DNA of 64,000 bases from a virus: the IMG/VR virus record IMGVR_UViG_3300021426_000096; one strand, written 5' to 3'. The notes beneath the pieces are model-generated. The model had not been told where the DNA came from and searched no databases. It saw nothing but the letters and a program-made list of their open reading frames with translations. The position numbers and the translations under genes were made by a program. This document shows, piece after piece, positions 35,902 to 43,858 of this stretch (the first letter of the stretch is position 1; each line of letters starts with the position of its first letter).

Positions 35902-35990
35902 TCTTTGGACAGTCTGACAACAGGTTGTCTATGGGTTGCCTGACAACAGGTTGTCTATGGGTTGCCTGACAACAGGCAACCCACCTCTCC
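35887..35990 (+). repeat. four tandem 26-bp units, each containing the palindrome GACAAC-NN-GTTGTC
   Basis: CTGACAACAGG at 35887, 35913, 35939, 35965; units 2 and 3 identical (CTGACAACAGGTTGTCTATGGGTTGC). Confidence 0.8.
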
Positions 35991-36034
35991 TCCTCCTGAA
36001 ATCCACTGAACAGTAATCTGAAATTCACTGACCT

Positions 36035-36253
36035 ATGACTGAACAGCAGAAAAGACAACTGGATAACCACAACAAGCAGGTGGTTAAGCATGTTATCATT
36101 GCCCTTGTGGAATCCAATATGGCAGACCCCATCAGGCTTTTGACTGACACCGATTATGCATCCCAGATGGTATCCACTTACCTGGAGGCATCCAACATTG
36201 TAAGGGAATCTATGAACCTTCCTCCTTTGGTCATCTATGACATCAAGGATTGA
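36035..36253 (+). CDS. hypothetical protein
   Basis: 72-aa ORF. Confidence 0.45.
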   Translation: MTEQQKRQLDNHNKQVVKHVIIALVESNMADPIRLLTDTDYASQMVSTYLEASNIVRESMNLPPLVIYDIKD

Positions 36254-36269
36254 CGACTGCGATTTGCGG
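36253..36269 (+). repeat. RCGA-triplet intergenic motif (ACGA-ct-GCGA-ttt-GCGG)
   Basis: Overlaps the 36253 stop. Confidence 0.65.
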
Positions 36270-36295
36270 TCAATTGCAAAAAAGTGAAAATAAAT

Positions 36296-36326
36296 TTGGA
36301 TAATTCAGAAAATTGTTGTATCTTTG
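36296..36326 (+). promoter_or_regulatory. Bacteroidetes-type promoter repeat
   Basis: TTTG 36296-36299, TATCTTTG 36319-36326. Confidence 0.6.
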
Positions 36327-36362
36327 TAATGAAGAAAGGAAACAACTAAAAAACCAAAGAAT

Positions 36363-36623
36363 ATGAAACTCATATTTGAAGACAACAACATCTCCTCCTC
36401 CATCAAGGACACTGTAAAGGACATCATTAAGAACTGCAAGGGTGGTGCTCTCCACAAGGGCATCCTGGTTGAGGAACTCTCTGAAGAAGACCTTGACCTC
36501 TATGATGACCCTGAAGGATTCATCCAGAAACATAAGGACACTGATGACATCTATATGGTGTATCAGAGTGTGGCAGGTGCCTGGAACCAACCTTTGACGA
36601 TGGTCGCTGTCGTAGAGTACTGA
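36363..36623 (+). CDS. hypothetical protein
   Basis: 86-aa ORF. Confidence 0.5.
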   Translation: MKLIFEDNNISSSIKDTVKDIIKNCKGGALHKGILVEELSEEDLDLYDDPEGFIQKHKDTDDIYMVYQSVAGAWNQPLTMVAVVEY

Positions 36624-36715
36624 CACAGCAAGACCCCCAGATATGGGCGAAATATCCAAAGCCAGACGAGAGCGGGAAGTGGCATAGTGAGGTGATGAGC
36701 TATTCCTCACATTAT

Positions 36716-36790
36716 GGTCTCATAGTTCAACGGATAGAACAGCAGTTTCCTAAACTGTAGATCTGGGTTCGATTCCCGGTGAGACTACCA
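36716..36790 (+). tRNA. tRNA-Arg (anticodon CCU), CCA encoded
   Basis: Cloverleaf GGTCTCA/TGAGACT acceptor, GTTC-AACGGATA-GAAC D arm, GCAGT-TTCCTAA-ACTGT anticodon arm (CCT), AGAT variable loop, CTGGG-TTCGATT-CCCGG T arm, discriminator A, then CCA. Confidence 0.8.
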
Positions 36791-36810
36791 AGTATTAAAG
36801 AACAGTAATT

Positions 36811-36990
36811 ATGAAATTCTGTAAGATTGCCCTGATTGTTCTCCTGTCCATCAAAAGTCTGAAGATGATTGTTGACACTTTCAATAACCTTGGTGATTCC
36901 GATCATCCCATGGAAGACATCCTCTCCACCCTGATTGTGATCACTGTAGGTTGGAGTCTCTACTATGGAGCAGGTATCCTTGATGTATAA
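36811..36990 (+). CDS. small membrane protein (59 aa)
   Basis: MKFCKIALIVLLSIKSL...LIVITVGWSLYY; below the track cut-off. Confidence 0.3.
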   Translation: MKFCKIALIVLLSIKSLKMIVDTFNNLGDSDHPMEDILSTLIVITVGWSLYYGAGILDV

Positions 36991-37050
36991 TATGAAATTA
37001 ACTGTTCAAAAACATATCTCTGGAATCACAGATTAGTCAAAAAAATAATT

Positions 37051-37428
37051 ATGAAACACAATTTCAAATACACCCTCTCATTGGACACCATCTCCATTAT
37101 GATAACTGGGTCTCCCAGTGATGAACTGGAAAAGCAGGATCAGGATATGGTGGTCAATGCCTTCACTGACATCAAGAATGGAATCATTAAAGAGGTGTCC
37201 AACTTCCTTCATTATGAAGAGACTTGTGATGAACTCATCCTAACTGTACCTACCTCCGCTCTCTATGATGTGACAAAGATTATCATCAACAACATCTCCC
37301 TGGCCAACACTGTCTATATGGATGACATCACATCCATCATACCATTGAGTGACATCAGGGAAAAGCTTGCCGGCACTGAAGTCCTGACAGATCTGGAAGA
37401 ACTCCTCAACTCTGAAGTAGAAGAATAG
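37051..37428 (+). CDS. hypothetical protein
   Basis: 125-aa ORF. Confidence 0.5.
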   Translation: MKHNFKYTLSLDTISIMITGSPSDELEKQDQDMVVNAFTDIKNGIIKEVSNFLHYEETCDELILTVPTSALYDVTKIIINNISLANTVYMDDITSIIPLSDIREKLAGTEVLTDLEELLNSEVEE

Positions 37429-37432
37429 ACAT

Positions 37433-37861
37433 ATGAAACACCTCATCTACATTGCGCTTGCGCTCATCGCACTCCTCTTCATCTCTTGTAGTGTGGATAC
37501 CAATTCACCCACCAAGGTGATGAACCATGACACCGGTATGAAGTTGACTGAAAACCTTGGAGTCTACTCCATCACCGGTCCCAAGGGAGTTCTCGTCCTC
37601 GGTGACATCAAGGAATCCCGTGACCTCCTGTGGCAGATGGAGAAATGCTTTGTTGCCACCAACCTGGAGTCACTCCTCACCATCACCATCAATGGTCAGA
37701 AGTATGAGGTGAAATCTGATGATCAAGGACTCTATATCATCAAGGTGGGACTTGGTGCTGTCAAGCTCCGCCAGTCTGATGTGAATCAGTTCCTCTACTA
37801 CCTGGAATCCAAGATTGCCAAGGATAAGACCAAGAAGATCTGGTCTGTTATCACTGAATAA
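37433..37861 (+). CDS. putative lipoprotein
   Basis: Signal peptide MKHLIYIALALIALLFISC with lipobox Cys. Confidence 0.5.
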   Translation: MKHLIYIALALIALLFISCSVDTNSPTKVMNHDTGMKLTENLGVYSITGPKGVLVLGDIKESRDLLWQMEKCFVATNLESLLTITINGQKYEVKSDDQGLYIIKVGLGAVKLRQSDVNQFLYYLESKIAKDKTKKIWSVITE

Positions 37862-37883
37862 ACCATTAATTAAATTATTTAAT

Positions 37884-38153
37884 ATGAAAAGAATTATCCT
37901 GATTTTTGCTGCACTCTTCTGCATTGTCCTGACTTCCTGCACCAAGCAGCAGGTGACCCGTCAGTTTGGAGGCCAGATGGAAATCAAGCTCCCGGCTGGA
38001 CAGGAACTGATGGAGGTGACCTGGAAAGACAATGACCTGTTCTATCTGACCCGCCCTATGGCCACCGACTACGTCCCTGTTACCAAGATCTTCCAGGAGA
38101 GCTCAGCCTGGGGTGTGATGGAATCCACTGTACTCTTCATTGAAACCCGCTAG
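37884..38153 (+). CDS. putative lipoprotein
   Basis: MKRIILIFAALFCIVLTSC signal plus lipobox; start at the second Met of the track ORF. Confidence 0.45.
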   Translation: MKRIILIFAALFCIVLTSCTKQQVTRQFGGQMEIKLPAGQELMEVTWKDNDLFYLTRPMATDYVPVTKIFQESSAWGVMESTVLFIETR

Positions 38154-38394
38154 TACTATGACAACAATCACTATCTTCATCCTGCCGGCCCTGGCCCTGG
38201 TCATCTACATCCTTCTTCTCCAGTGGATCTCCACTTCACTCAAGACCAGACACTCTGCCTTCTGGTGGATGTTCTTCCTGACCATCCCTCTGGGTGTGAT
38301 CATCACTCTGTTGCTGGACATCAAGGACAACACCTACCCTATGTATGAGGTGGACTCCACTGATGACCCTACCCAATATGACCATCTGCGGTAG
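38140..38394 (+). CDS. small two-TM membrane protein
   Basis: ITIFILPALALVIYILLL and WWMFFLTIPLGVIITLLL. Confidence 0.45.
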   Translation: MKPASTMTTITIFILPALALVIYILLLQWISTSLKTRHSAFWWMFFLTIPLGVIITLLLDIKDNTYPMYEVDSTDDPTQYDHLR

Positions 38395-38423
38395 CGCCAC
38401 CGCCAATTAGACCTATAACCTTT

Positions 38424-38948
38424 ATGAATGCCATTGCAGTCTACCACCATCCCCAAGAATGTGGATCCCCTTACCTCACCTTCATCTCCCAGGAGACAGG
38501 TGAGGTGGTGGAGACTGTTGACATCCCTGATGGGTATTATGACTCTGGACTCAAGACACTGGACATCTATACTCCTGTCTACTCCTTCACAGAACAGGTA
38601 AACCAATCACCCAAACCCACAGTGGACAATGTCAGGCTCAACTGTTCCTTCTACCCTAACCCCAAGAGGTATGTCTTCAAGGTGACCAAGGTGGACAACA
38701 TCAAGTATGACCCTAAGATCATACCCACCTGGACAGCAGATGTGCATGTTGATGCATGTACCCATACCACCAAGTGGCAGTACTCAACCAAGAGAGACTC
38801 ATTCAGAAAGCAGCTCCAGAAAGCAGGATTCAATATGAAACCCTGGACACTGACCAAGAGGATGAAGACTCCCTTTATGGACTTCCTCAAATCTGTTGCC
38901 TCCTCCTATAAAGATTACCATCTGGTCAACCTGATTCAGATTGGATAG
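38424..38948 (+). CDS. hypothetical protein
   Basis: 174-aa ORF followed by a terminator. Confidence 0.5.
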   Translation: MNAIAVYHHPQECGSPYLTFISQETGEVVETVDIPDGYYDSGLKTLDIYTPVYSFTEQVNQSPKPTVDNVRLNCSFYPNPKRYVFKVTKVDNIKYDPKIIPTWTADVHVDACTHTTKWQYSTKRDSFRKQLQKAGFNMKPWTLTKRMKTPFMDFLKSVASSYKDYHLVNLIQIG

Positions 38949-38951
38949 ACT

Positions 38952-38979
38952 CACAGTGATATTACTGTGGGTTTTTTTG
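38952..38979 (+). terminator. rho-independent terminator
   Basis: CACAGTgatattACTGTG followed by GGTTTTTTT. Confidence 0.6.
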
Positions 38980-39036
38980 TTTTGCGGTGGCGACCTGCGG
39001 TTTCTGAAATTCACTGAAAAAAAGTGTAAATAAATT

Positions 39037-39066
39037 TTGTAGATTAAAATCTTTTTTGTATCTTTG
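39037..39066 (+). promoter_or_regulatory. Bacteroidetes-type promoter repeat
   Basis: TTTG 39037-39040, TATCTTTG 39059-39066. Confidence 0.55.
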
Positions 39067-39112
39067 TATCAGAGATAAAGAAAGAAGTTAAACCAATAAA
39101 ATTATAAGTGAT

Positions 39113-39796
39113 ATGAATCCTCAGATGTTTGCTGCCACTGAAAATGAGAAGATTATGTATGTTGTCAATGATGTGCTTGGTGCCACCTCTCCCAAGACAG
39201 CTGTTGACATGAGAACCATTGTTGACAAAGGTATTGACCTTGGTCTGACCCATGATTACCCCAGAGGCAGGCAGGATGGTCATCCCTGGTGGCCTCACAC
39301 TGCTGTGATGATGGGTGTGGGTAGTCCCACTGCTGTGGAGAACTTTGAAGAACCCTACCTCCACAGAAACAAGATGAAGAAAGGGAATACCAGAGTCAGG
39401 ATGTACTACTGGGTTGACAAATCCCACAGACATGAGATGGTAACCAAGGATGCCAAGGCAACCAAGTATGGTGAATCCACTACAAATAAGGTACACATCC
39501 CCAGAGTCAAGGTGTCCACTGACCCTGCTCTTATGACCAAGGTATGTGACTACCTTGACAAGAAAGGATACAAGTATCTCTTTGGTATCCAGGGAAGCAC
39601 CCACATCCTCACTCTCAACCTGTGTGGTGAATACTTCCTTCACATCCCTGTCACCACTGAAACTGCTGACAGAGTACTGGGACTCATCCCTTACTTCTTT
39701 CACAGACCTGATTATGCCAAGGAAGAAATCCCTGGCGCATACATCAAGAAGAACTGGAAGCTCAAGAATATCTGGAACACCTGTACTTCCAAGTAA
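39113..39796 (+). CDS. hypothetical protein, GHPWW family (paralog of 15159..15773)
   Basis: See 15159; the 261-aa antisense ORF 39044..39829 is rejected. Confidence 0.6.
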   Translation: MNPQMFAATENEKIMYVVNDVLGATSPKTAVDMRTIVDKGIDLGLTHDYPRGRQDGHPWWPHTAVMMGVGSPTAVENFEEPYLHRNKMKKGNTRVRMYYWVDKSHRHEMVTKDAKATKYGESTTNKVHIPRVKVSTDPALMTKVCDYLDKKGYKYLFGIQGSTHILTLNLCGEYFLHIPVTTETADRVLGLIPYFFHRPDYAKEEIPGAYIKKNWKLKNIWNTCTSK

Positions 39797-39814
39797 ACCA
39801 AACACCTCCTTACC

Positions 39815-39852
39815 AAGAGACTCTCCCAACCAAGGAGGGTCTCTTCCATTTT
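39815..39852 (+). terminator. stem-loop terminator candidate
   Basis: AAGAGACTCTCCCaaccaaGGAGGGTCTCTT. Confidence 0.4.
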
Positions 39853-40407
39853 AACATGGTTGTCAGCCCGGTGGAGATTCTCCAGCAGCTGGACCTTGGT
39901 CCAGGACCTGATGACCATGGGTCACCAGCATGGGTCACTCCTATCCAACCACTCTCCATCTCCTCTCATCTCATTGCGACCTGCGCCAATCGCATCCAAA
40001 AATTTTTCCATCAGGATGTTTCATCTCCATCAGAGTTCTCATCAGGATAATTATCTCCTCATCTGATTCCACTCTTCACTCTTTTCTATACTATAGTCTT
40101 CTACTTCCAGGAATTCTTCCAGGAAAAGATCTACTTCTGTTAAATTTCCACCCCTGTATATTCATTTTCACCAAAAAACACCCAATTTCATCTTTTTCCC
40201 CAGTACAGATATTCCTGGAAATACTGTATTTCCCCATTTTTAACCAATATGACAAAATGTCAGAAAATCACCTTTTTTGACATTTTTCACAAGATCTGTC
40301 AAAATCACACTTTTCCACTTTTCCCCATTTTTCCAAAAAACCAAAAAATCACCTTTTTTCACTGCGATGGCGATTTTTGCAAAATACCCAATTTTCCCAT
40401 TTTCCCC

Positions 40408-40600
40408 AAAATGCCCATTTTTGGGATATCCTGGATTTTGGCTATTTTGGGGATATCCTGGAAAATGGGGTTTTCCAGAAAATGGCCATTTTTGGGGTTT
40501 TGGAGGATCTTCCAAAAATGGCCAATTTTGGGGTTTTTGGGAAAATGGTCAAAAATGGGGTTTTCTGGGGATACCCCCAAAATGGTGATTTTTGGACGAT
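40408..40600. repeat. degenerate 27-35 bp tandem units carrying CC(A/T)6GG boxes in both orientations
   Basis: CCATTTTTGG (40412, 40482), CCAAAAATGG (40512), CCAATTTTGG (40522), CCAAAATGG (40577); GGGATATCCTGG twice. Confidence 0.7.
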
Positions 40601-40905
40601 CACGATGTGCGACTTCCCCCACACGCACTATATGGAGGGGAGTATCTTACAAACTCCTGGGGAGTCTTTCTATATTTTTTTAATATATATATTTTGATAA
40701 TCCATTTTGTGTAATTTGTAAGTCATTGATTTTCAGTCTATTTCATATAAGTTATTGGTACACAAAGTGGAAGAAAATGGAAGAAAGTGGTAAATATAGT
40801 AAGTGGATGTCAGAAATTAAGGTAGATCACCCAAATTATATGCAAAATACAGACATTGTATGACCACTTTTGTTATATTTGTATATAGAGATATAATAGT
40901 AATAT

Positions 40906-41145
40906 ATGAAGAAGATCAAGATTGGTACATCCTCATTGCATGGGGACATATTGGAAGATTATGATAAGGCAAGAGCTTGTAATTTCTGTACTCACTTTTG
41001 TGGGTATGGGTTGCATGCTTGTTGTGGTCATTGTGATTATAAGGGTGAAGATATAGAGGGAGGATACATTGGTAATTATAGGAAGGTAGGAAAGGATTGT
41101 GAAGGGTTTGATTGTAGGAAAGAATTTCTTGTAGTGGAGGAGTAA
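40906..41145 (+). CDS. Cys-rich small protein
   Basis: CNFCTHFCGYGLHACCGHCDY; start of a lower-GC module with AGG/GGG/ATA-rich codon usage. Confidence 0.45.
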   Translation: MKKIKIGTSSLHGDILEDYDKARACNFCTHFCGYGLHACCGHCDYKGEDIEGGYIGNYRKVGKDCEGFDCRKEFLVVEE

Positions 41146-41324
41146 TATATGTTTAAGAACTGCAAGAACAAGTATGATGCCTGTGACAGGGCGATCACAT
41201 TCATATATGGTAAGGATTATTTGGACAGTCTTGGTGAGGATGAGTATCTTCGTCTTGTAAGGATTGCCAAGTTCTTGTTTGAATCTGGTATGAGATGGCA
41301 GAGAGATAATGGAAAGGAGGAAAT

Positions 41325-41519
41325 ATGATGAGAGATTATGTATTCCCTATTGGGATAGATAAGAATGGTAAGAAGTTCCAATGGGTTGAAGATTGGGATG
41401 TAATTGATTGTAGTGAGTGTTGTTTTTGGGAAGGGAGATGTATGTACAAGGAGCTTAACAACAACAAGAAGGGAGAATGTATAGGAACCGGATATTTCAG
41501 GAGGGTAGTGAGTATATAA
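41325..41519 (+). CDS. Cys-rich small protein
   Basis: DCSECCFWEGRC...GECIG. Confidence 0.4.
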   Translation: MMRDYVFPIGIDKNGKKFQWVEDWDVIDCSECCFWEGRCMYKELNNNKKGECIGTGYFRRVVSI

Positions 41520-41715
41520 GATAATAGTAATATATGGAAAAGGCATTAGAGTATCTTAACAGTCATATGATTGTGAAACATAGGAGGGAGACTGAATCTT
41601 CATCCATTGCTGACAGGTATAATTATGTTGAGTGGGATGAGTATTATGTAAGTAAGGAGGATGCTATCAAGGCGATTGAGATTGCATTGAGTGATATAAA
41701 ATAATAATTGGGTAT

Positions 41716-42228
41716 ATGTGTTTGTTTAGAAAGAAGGAAAAGAACAATCTTCCTATTGGGAAACTGGCTTTTTTTGATGGTAATAATGATTATGAGTTTG
41801 TTGATCTTGGGTTGAGTGTGAAATGGGCCAATAAGAATATTGGTTCAGAATATGAGGACAAGATTGGTACTTATTTCAATTATGATGAAGCGGAAGACAG
41901 GTATTATGATCTGCCCACTGTTGATGAGGTGAGGGAGTTGTTTGAGAAATGTAAGATCAAGTATGACAAGAAGAGGAATGGGTTCATTGTTGTTGGGGTG
42001 AATGGGAATAGGATATTCATTCCTGTGAGTGGAGAGAGGGATGGTAATGCCAGGTATGAAGGAGGATACTTCTGGACTAATAGTGATCATGAGGAAGGAT
42101 ATATGGAGGGGTATAAGTATTATGGTTGTGTCTATTTGAAGAGTAAGGTTCTGAAGAAGGTCAAGACAGAAGTGAATCTGTTGAAAAAGGATGGGTTCTG
42201 GATCAATGTGAGGGAAGTGGAAAGATAA
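41716..42228 (+). CDS. FISUMP / DUF1566-like (Fibrobacter succinogenes major paralogous) domain protein
   Basis: FVDLGLSVKWANKNIG...LPTVDEVRELFE...NGFIVVGVNGNRIFIPVSG.RDGNARYEGGYFWTNSD.EEGY...GCVYL follows the domain layout seen at the C-terminus of the 2153-aa protein (GWRLPTKDEWDYI...). Confidence 0.5.
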   Translation: MCLFRKKEKNNLPIGKLAFFDGNNDYEFVDLGLSVKWANKNIGSEYEDKIGTYFNYDEAEDRYYDLPTVDEVRELFEKCKIKYDKKRNGFIVVGVNGNRIFIPVSGERDGNARYEGGYFWTNSDHEEGYMEGYKYYGCVYLKSKVLKKVKTEVNLLKKDGFWINVREVER

Positions 42229-42246
42229 TAAAAAAATTAAATAATT

Positions 42247-42483
42247 ATGGAAATAGTTTCAACAACACCTCCAAGGAAAACCAAGGAAAAGAAGTATATG
42301 TTTGTGTGTAAAACTTGCCAAAAGGAAGAAAACGGATTTAATTACAGTAAGACCAAGTTCATTGCCGATTATCCAAAAGATTTCTTTACTGGTATCACAC
42401 TGGAATATTGTAAATGTCCTCTATGTGGAGCATTACATTCAAAATCTATTATAGCAAGACTCCGCTACCTGTTATATAAATAA
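42247..42483 (+). CDS. zinc-ribbon small protein
   Basis: CKTCQ...CKCPLCG. Confidence 0.45.
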   Translation: MEIVSTTPPRKTKEKKYMFVCKTCQKEENGFNYSKTKFIADYPKDFFTGITLEYCKCPLCGALHSKSIIARLRYLLYK

Positions 42484-42495
42484 GGAGGTTTAAAG

Positions 42496-42981
42496 ATGAA
42501 GAAGTTATTATTTATTTTCTGTTTATTGTTTTGTCTGTCTTGTAAGTGCCAGGTGGTGTCATCATCCATTGGTGATATTACCGACATTATGCTGTTGGAT
42601 CCTGTATGTGATGATGAGGAATTGGTTGGAGATCATTATATATGGGGTTATGTTGTCATTGACAGTACTGCATGTAATAAAGATATGAGTAATGGGATAA
42701 GCAGTATCATCAACAATCCTGATTATATATACTCATTGGATGAAGACACTGTATGTTATTGTGAGTTTTTGCCTGACATCTGTATAAGGTGTGAGAATGC
42801 GGATATTTTTATTGAGTTCAGTACATACAGTATATTATACAAGTTCTGTGATGGGAGTGAGGCTGATGATTATTATTTGAATATTGAGGGATACAGTAGA
42901 TTATTGGATTATTGTATTGAACTGTTTCCTGGAGATGATATATTGAAGGAGTACAAGAAAAAGTTGGAAAATATAAAATAA
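42496..42981 (+). CDS. putative lipoprotein
   Basis: MKKLLFIFCLLFCLSCKC signal plus lipobox. Confidence 0.5.
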   Translation: MKKLLFIFCLLFCLSCKCQVVSSSIGDITDIMLLDPVCDDEELVGDHYIWGYVVIDSTACNKDMSNGISSIINNPDYIYSLDEDTVCYCEFLPDICIRCENADIFIEFSTYSILYKFCDGSEADDYYLNIEGYSRLLDYCIELFPGDDILKEYKKKLENIK

Positions 42982-43373
42982 ATCATTATATTTGTAATAG
43001 GTATAATTGACAGATGTCTTGTTTGATCGTTGCTAAATACCGGGATGAAGTTGCCTGGGGTCGAGACTAACAGTAGAGGTGTTCACTGCTTTGGGGATGA
43101 TAACCAACTACCCTGTTACACAAGAGCTGAGACAAGGCGCTCTTATAGACAAAAGGATGTACGCAAAAGCAGATATGATACATCTGTCATTTTTTTAATA
43201 AGTTATAAATATGATTTGGATTTTGATAATTTTTATGTTGTATTCTCTGATTGGTGCATTGGTTTGTAACAAGATTAATGCATTATATGGGAGTGATGAT
43301 ATTGTTGAATTGATTGTTGATAGTATACTGATAGTCTTCTGGCCTATCACTGTAATGTGTCATTTTTTATTGG

Positions 43374-43856
43374 ATGATTAATATGATTAGTGAAAAGGAA
43401 AAGAGAAGATTGTTATTGATGGATCTTGGCATGCGCTTGGGTTATGGTGTAATGATATTGGATATACCTGCCAAGCGTGATGGCAAGATATTCATTTTAA
43501 GTACATTGGATGATTATCAGTATGACACTGATGAGGATTCTCATTATCAGAGTGTTTATAACATCCTGCCTTATCTCAGACCTATGGAGAGTATGACTAA
43601 AGAGGAGGCATCCGAGATGTTCAGACTGATGTATACTGACAGGAATCTAATCAGTGTGGATATTGAAAAGGATGGCATGAGGTTTGGTTATACCAAAGAT
43701 GGTGTATTCTGTCATGTGTTTCTTTTATTCAATGAGATTTACTCATTGAAGCAGTTGGATTGGTATAACAAGAAGATGTTTGATTACAGGGGTTTGATCC
43801 CTATGGGGATTGCCCTGGAAGCAAAAGAAGGAATGTATAATATAAAGGAGAAATAA
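43374..43856 (+). CDS. hypothetical protein
   Basis: 160-aa ORF. Confidence 0.5.
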   Translation: MINMISEKEKRRLLLMDLGMRLGYGVMILDIPAKRDGKIFILSTLDDYQYDTDEDSHYQSVYNILPYLRPMESMTKEEASEMFRLMYTDRNLISVDIEKDGMRFGYTKDGVFCHVFLLFNEIYSLKQLDWYNKKMFDYRGLIPMGIALEAKEGMYNIKEK

Positions 43857-43858
43857 TT

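Larger units (their letters stand above)
39797..40905. other. 1.1-kb non-coding, repeat-rich, strand-asymmetric region; candidate replication origin or regulatory hub
   Basis: No credible ORF or promoter-repeat. A palindrome cluster (39880-39950) is followed by a polypyrimidine tract (39950-40400) and then a G+T-rich array of CC(W)6GG boxes (40408-40600). RCGA motifs lie at 39976, 40364, 40596. Confidence 0.5.

Noticed and set aside
35642-36710. Antisense ORFs 35642..36091 and 36270..36710
   Set aside because: They overlap + strand genes and the tandem-repeat array; 36270..36710 would run into the tRNA
39044-39829. 261-aa antisense ORF opposite 39113..39796
   Set aside because: The + strand gene has the promoter cassette and a paralog at 15159; the minus ORF is a by-product of codon bias
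39856-40280. ORFs 39856..40050, 39860..40066, 39930..40280 on the + strand
   Set aside because: Polypyrimidine low-complexity sequence with no promoter cassette or start context; part of the non-coding origin-like region
40240-40700. Six overlapping ORFs on both strands (for example 40249..40683 +, 40359..40628 -) and a CRISPR-like appearance of the repeats
   Set aside because: The ORFs are low-complexity translations of the CC(W)6GG tandem repeats, such as FWGYPGKWGFPENGHFWGFG. The repeats are degenerate, lack unique spacers and have no cas genes nearby, so this is not a CRISPR array and not coding
43030-43269. 79-aa + strand ORF in the 390-bp gap
   Set aside because: No start context and atypical composition; the region is better explained as structured RNA (kept as a finding, not a CDS)
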